Origin: Leptolyngbyaceae cyanobacterium
GTDB taxonomy: Bacteria > Cyanobacteriota > Cyanobacteriia > Phormidesmidales > Phormidesmidaceae
Direction of reading: 5' to 3'
DNA length: 64,000 bases
Assembly (NCBI GenBank): GCA_965263355.1
Contig: CBDHHL010000056.1
Span: forward strand, 1,536,001 to 1,600,000
Part shown: positions 60,055 through 64,000 of the stretch, piece after piece
How the letters are laid out: each line of letters starts with the position of its first letter
How positions within the stretch are numbered: position 1 is the first letter of the stretch
Notes under the pieces: generated by a model
Databases searched by the model: none
The model's input: the letters and a program-made list of their open reading frames with translations, nothing else
Told to the model about the DNA's origin: nothing
Made by a program: the position numbers and the translations under genes

Positions 60055-61479
60055 ATGTTTAAAGCCTCCGACTACTCTCATCTACTGCATCAGTTGGAAC
60101 AGTATTTTACGGATTCCACCAACTTTAAACCTGTGGCTAATCCGATTGCTCCAGAGCAGCTACGGGATAAGTTATGCCTGGATTTAACCGCTGATGGTAA
60201 ACCTTTAGACGAACTCAATATAGATATTGCCAATTATTTGAATCATGCTGTCAAAACAGCTCACCCCCGCTACTTTAATCAGCTGTGGGGCGGCTTTAAT
60301 GCCCCTTGTTTGATGGGGGATATGTTAACGAGTGCCACGAATACCTCCATGTATACCTACGAGGTGGCTCCTGTGGCAACGTTAATTGAGAAAACGCTGA
60401 TTGCTAAGCTAGGAGACCTGATTGGATTCTCTAACCCGGAGGGACAGTTCACTACGGGCGGCAGCAACGGCAATTTTATGGCCATGGCCATGGCCTGTTA
60501 TCGGGCCATGCCCACGCTAAAACAAACTGGTCTGGCAAATGCACCCAAGCTGGTGGCGTTTGTGTCTGAAGAAGCTCACTATTCCTTTGATAAAGCCGCG
60601 CATTTGCTAGGCTTGGGCACAGAACAGCTGTGGAAAGTCCCTGTTAATGCTGCGGGTCAAATGGTGGTGGCGGCCCTGGAGGAGCTAATTGAAAAAGCGC
60701 ATGGTCAAGGAATAAGACCGTTTTTTGTGGCTGGGACAGCCGGAACAACGGTGCGGGGAGCCTACGATCCGTTTACTGAGATTGCAGCCGTGGCCCAGCG
60801 AGAAGGATTATGGTTTCACATTGATGGAGCCTGGGGAGCGAGCGTATTGCTCAGCCCGACCCATAGATACCTGATGCAGGGTGTGGACCAAGCAGACTCG
60901 GTTGTTTGGGATGCTCACAAAATGATGGGGATGACCCTGATGTGCTCAATGCTGCTGGTAAAGCAGCGGGGCACTATGCTAAGCACGTTTTCCACCCACG
61001 GCACTGACTATCTTTTTCATGATACTGAGGAAGAGCCGACGGATTTGGGGCCTGGTACTATGCACTGTGGTCGCCGGGTGGATGCGGTCAAACTATGGCT
61101 CACCTGGAAGCACCTGGGCGATCGCGGTTGGGCAAGTCTGATTGATCGCTATTTTGATCAGGCAACCCTGGCCGAAGCTATTATCAATGCCCATCCATCG
61201 CTGACGTTGGTGACGCCACGACAGTCGCTAAATCTTTGTTTTCAATACTTGCCAAGGAACCCTCAGCAAACGGCTGATGACTTTACCCTAAAGATTCGGC
61301 AAAGACTCTGGGAAGAGGGCTTGGCCATGGTGAACTATGCCAAGGTTGATGGCAAACTCGTCTTTCGTCTGATACTTTGCAACAACCAAACTAGTCGGTC
61401 AGACATTGAGTCATTTTTTGACACCTTAACCACTATTGGTCAGCGTTTAGAACGAGAAGGCGACATTAGAATGGCTTAA
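60055..61479 (+). CDS. Group II PLP-dependent decarboxylase, cysteine-sulfinate decarboxylase-like
   Basis: HPRYFNQLWGG...NTSMYTYEVAP, AHYS, AGTTVRGAYDP, HIDGAWG, PLP-lysine motif DAHKMMG, CGRRVDAVKLW. Confidence 0.9.
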   Translation: MFKASDYSHLLHQLEQYFTDSTNFKPVANPIAPEQLRDKLCLDLTADGKPLDELNIDIANYLNHAVKTAHPRYFNQLWGGFNAPCLMGDMLTSATNTSMYTYEVAPVATLIEKTLIAKLGDLIGFSNPEGQFTTGGSNGNFMAMAMACYRAMPTLKQTGLANAPKLVAFVSEEAHYSFDKAAHLLGLGTEQLWKVPVNAAGQMVVAALEELIEKAHGQGIRPFFVAGTAGTTVRGAYDPFTEIAAVAQREGLWFHIDGAWGASVLLSPTHRYLMQGVDQADSVVWDAHKMMGMTLMCSMLLVKQRGTMLSTFSTHGTDYLFHDTEEEPTDLGPGTMHCGRRVDAVKLWLTWKHLGDRGWASLIDRYFDQATLAEAIINAHPSLTLVTPRQSLNLCFQYLPRNPQQTADDFTLKIRQRLWEEGLAMVNYAKVDGKLVFRLILCNNQTSRSDIESFFDTLTTIGQRLEREGDIRMA

Positions 61480-63196
61480 ATTCAGGTGTCACAATCTGCT
61501 CAGCATTAGCCTCAATATAGTCCCAAATTAATCGGCATACTGGCCGTTTCTGACCGATGTTGCAATTCTCATGTAAATCCACATAGGGCAAAAAGTTGTA
61601 TTCATTAAATGCGCCACCGGTCTCAGCTAAGGGTCGAGAAATATCGGTGGTGATCAGGTCAAAGCCTAGGGTAAGCGAGGAAAAGCGGCGGGAAAAGTCA
61701 ATGCAGTCTTGAATAATGCTGGCGTGCAATTGATCCGTACAGTCTACATAGTCTGATCCGGTAGATGCCGTGATTTTTTTCTGGATATAAAAGATTTCTC
61801 TCGTTGGTAAAACAGTCTCCAGGGTGTAGCCTGCCTCTCGCAAAAGAGAACGACTTGTGTCGTCAAAGACAAGTTGATGGAGCGTCGTATGGGCTTCGTA
61901 ACGGTCGGCTCGCCCTGGTTCCTGATTACGCAAATGAAACAACTCTAGAATCGTATGCTTGCCATCACCGATCACATTAGCAGGCCGTCGTTCTACACAG
62001 CCTGCATATTGATGATTGATAATGAGCACCCGATAGTCACGGCCTGAAATGTGTGACTCTAGCTTAATCACATCACCATTGGCCTCAATCACAGCAACAG
62101 CCTGTTTGAGTTGATCAACGGTTTGTAAATTTGGAAATACATTCTGACTGAGAGAGCCAAAATCTGGCTTAGCGACGATGGGATAAGACAGCTGCCCAAA
62201 GGGAATATTAACAGAAGATTTAAAGGTGCCATAGGAGATCGGGACAGCCAATCCATCCTCCCCCATCAGGGCTAATTTGCGAGATTTAGTTTGCTCGTAA
62301 TCGTAATCTTTATATTGGCTGCGAAAGGAGAAAAGACCTGGGTAAATCTTATAGATAAACCCTTTGCCATCTCGTTCAGCTCGAAATATTCTGTCTTCTA
62401 GGCTGTAAATTTTGAGTTCAAACCCACGACGCATGCCCTCTTGCATCACGGTCCAAATGCGTTTGGTCACATGGTGATAGTCAATGCCGTCACTATCAGA
62501 ATGCTCGCTCGTAACGATAGCTTTAGGGGTGATAAATGTTGCCGTATCAACTTTGGTCACGTTTGCGATCGCACCCACCTCACAGTTAATCTCTCGCACA
62601 TTTGCGGTTAGGGGAGTTTGGTATAGAAGGCATGCCAAATCAATTGAATTTCTCACCAATAAACGAGCCGCTCGATTCACCTGTACCGAATGCTTGCCCT
62701 TCGCCTCAATAAACCCTGTTTCACTGTCCATGGGCTGTAACCAAGTCACCACATTATCCGGCGGGTGGGTATAGCCCAATCGGCTAAAGGCCAAACAGGT
62801 TCTGGCAACACAGTCGCCTTCGGCATCCCCCACAATCACCATGCCAAAGACCTTGTTATAGAAAGCAGATTGCCCAGTAGTTGGGTCAATACCAGAACAA
62901 CCAGCCCCCTGTAACCGTTCAATTAGTTTCTGACATTCTGACGAATATTGCCCTCTTGATACAGGAACTCCCAAAATTAGGATATCAGCCCAGTAAATCT
63001 GTTCTAAAACTTGGTTTAATGCATCATGGGGACCTGAATTGGGCAAAATCTGAAAATCGATTAGCCGTAACTGCTGGACCTGACAGCCCTGTTGCCGATA
63101 CAAGTCAGCAACAAGGGTCCATAGAGCACCCGTATTACTGATTTCTGGAGACTGTTTGACTGTGCAATTAATAAAAAGAACTTTAGGAGAATGCAT
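61466..63196 (-). CDS. Flavodoxin/FMN-reductase-like domain fused to a cyanophycin-synthetase/GshF-type ATP-grasp domain
   Basis: N-terminus: VLFINCT...SNT, ADILILGVP, KLIERL, YNKVFG. C-terminus: YPIVAKP, ESHISGRDYRVLII, ERRPANVIGDGKHTILEL, GFDLIT.DIS, NEYN..P. Confidence 0.8.
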   Translation of the reverse strand: MHSPKVLFINCTVKQSPEISNTGALWTLVADLYRQQGCQVQQLRLIDFQILPNSGPHDALNQVLEQIYWADILILGVPVSRGQYSSECQKLIERLQGAGCSGIDPTTGQSAFYNKVFGMVIVGDAEGDCVARTCLAFSRLGYTHPPDNVVTWLQPMDSETGFIEAKGKHSVQVNRAARLLVRNSIDLACLLYQTPLTANVREINCEVGAIANVTKVDTATFITPKAIVTSEHSDSDGIDYHHVTKRIWTVMQEGMRRGFELKIYSLEDRIFRAERDGKGFIYKIYPGLFSFRSQYKDYDYEQTKSRKLALMGEDGLAVPISYGTFKSSVNIPFGQLSYPIVAKPDFGSLSQNVFPNLQTVDQLKQAVAVIEANGDVIKLESHISGRDYRVLIINHQYAGCVERRPANVIGDGKHTILELFHLRNQEPGRADRYEAHTTLHQLVFDDTSRSLLREAGYTLETVLPTREIFYIQKKITASTGSDYVDCTDQLHASIIQDCIDFSRRFSSLTLGFDLITTDISRPLAETGGAFNEYNFLPYVDLHENCNIGQKRPVCRLIWDYIEANAEQIVTPEFKPF

Positions 63197-63370
63197 ATGA
63201 GCGGTACCTATATAACCATGGACATCAAACCAAGCCTAGATTAGAGCGACCTGATGCATATCTAAAAATTGTCGCCGCCGTTCCCTAGGCTCTAAGTATT
63301 CCATTAGACCTCACCCAGGTTGTCCTCAGATTGATGAGTTTTTTTTACTAAAGCATCCTTTAAGGTCACT

Positions 63371-64000
63371 ATGAAACTCTTAAGCATTTGCGATCCAACA
63401 AAATATGGCAGTCCGCCCTTGGATGTACCTACGTTTTACCAGCAACTCTCCCTTGACAAACGGGTAGATTTTTATCATATTCCCACACCTCAAGTATTTA
63501 CAGACCGTTTTCCTGGGATCCAAACGGCATTATCAGCCGCAGAATTGCCCTATGATAAGTTCCTGGCCCTAGGAGACCAGGCCCATACTTGGATGAGTTT
63601 AGAAGAGATTGACTTAGTCTTCTGCCGCACCTTAAAACCATTCCCGTCTGGTTATTTAGACACATTAGCGACTTGGGAAACAATGGCACGTTTTGTCAAT
63701 CGTCCCTCGGGTAAAAAAGAACAGATGAAATCTGAGTTTTTGCTGAGAATCGCGAAAGACTACATTCCAGATACCATCGTTACGGCTGACTGGACCGAAG
63801 CACTCGCCTTTTTTCAAACATTTCAAACCATTGTTGCCAAACAGGCGAATAGCTGTGGTGGTCGTGGTGTCTTCAAAATTTGGTATCAGAATAACGCCTT
63901 TCATGTTGATAATATTTTGACGGGAACATGTTCATTTCAACAGTTTGAGACCGTTATGGCTCAGCTGCAGGCGGGCCAAACGGAACCGCTACAGTTTTGC
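63371..64000 (+). CDS. Glutathione synthetase (GshB)/RimK-like ATP-grasp protein (3' end runs off the window)
   Basis: Manual translation from ATG 63371 is open to the window end: MKLLSICDP...IDLVFCRTLKP...FVNRPSG...IPDTIVT...IVAKQANSCGGRGVFKI. Confidence 0.78.
   Translation, partial: MKLLSICDPTKYGSPPLDVPTFYQQLSLDKRVDFYHIPTPQVFTDRFPGIQTALSAAELPYDKFLALGDQAHTWMSLEEIDLVFCRTLKPFPSGYLDTLATWETMARFVNRPSGKKEQMKSEFLLRIAKDYIPDTIVTADWTEALAFFQTFQTIVAKQANSCGGRGVFKIWYQNNAFHVDNILTGTCSFQQFETVMAQLQAGQTEPLQFC

Noticed and set aside
61466..63196. Cyanophycin synthetase cphA
   Set aside because: It lacks the Mur-ligase half and the CphA N-domain, and no cphB is adjacent.
63665..63904. ORFs 63498-63689 and 63665-63904 (-)
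   Set aside because: Antisense shadows of the plus-strand ATP-grasp gene starting at 63371.

Overview
64 kb of chromosome from a cyanobacterium, inferred from at least 23 HIP1 (GCGATCGC) sites, a GlpX-type FBPase/SBPase, and DUF928/DUF1822/CHASE2 genes. The gene content suggests a filamentous lineage. No rRNA, tRNA, CRISPR array or intact transposase was recognised. In order, the window holds: (1) a minus-strand glycan operon (epimerase, histidine phosphatase, ABC exporter, five glycosyltransferases, internally deleted ugd) divergent from a two-component locus whose OmpR-type regulator is frameshifted; (2) a P-loop ATPase coupled to a 1628-aa STAND/WD40 protein; (3) a GH3 glucosidase, a PlsY-dikinase fusion with a lipase, decayed PIN and Uma2 genes, DUF3616 and a GMC oxidoreductase; (4) a signalling cluster of haemagglutinin, TPR-CHAT, DUF928, CHAT-CHASE2, DUF1822 and a sigma factor, with a papain-fold toxin/immunity pair inside it; (5) housekeeping genes (UPF0182, Ca/Na antiporter, cobH-like, glpX, hemA, msrB); (6) a candidate small-molecule cluster running off the right edge. 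That last cluster has a Vgb-like propeller, an EamA exporter, a PLP decarboxylase with a cysteine-sulfinate-decarboxylase motif, a flavodoxin/ATP-grasp fusion and a GshB-like ATP-grasp. The window also shows a recurring mutational pattern of templated insertions, internal deletions and short tandem duplications. Family assignments come from motif recognition by eye; no database search was run.
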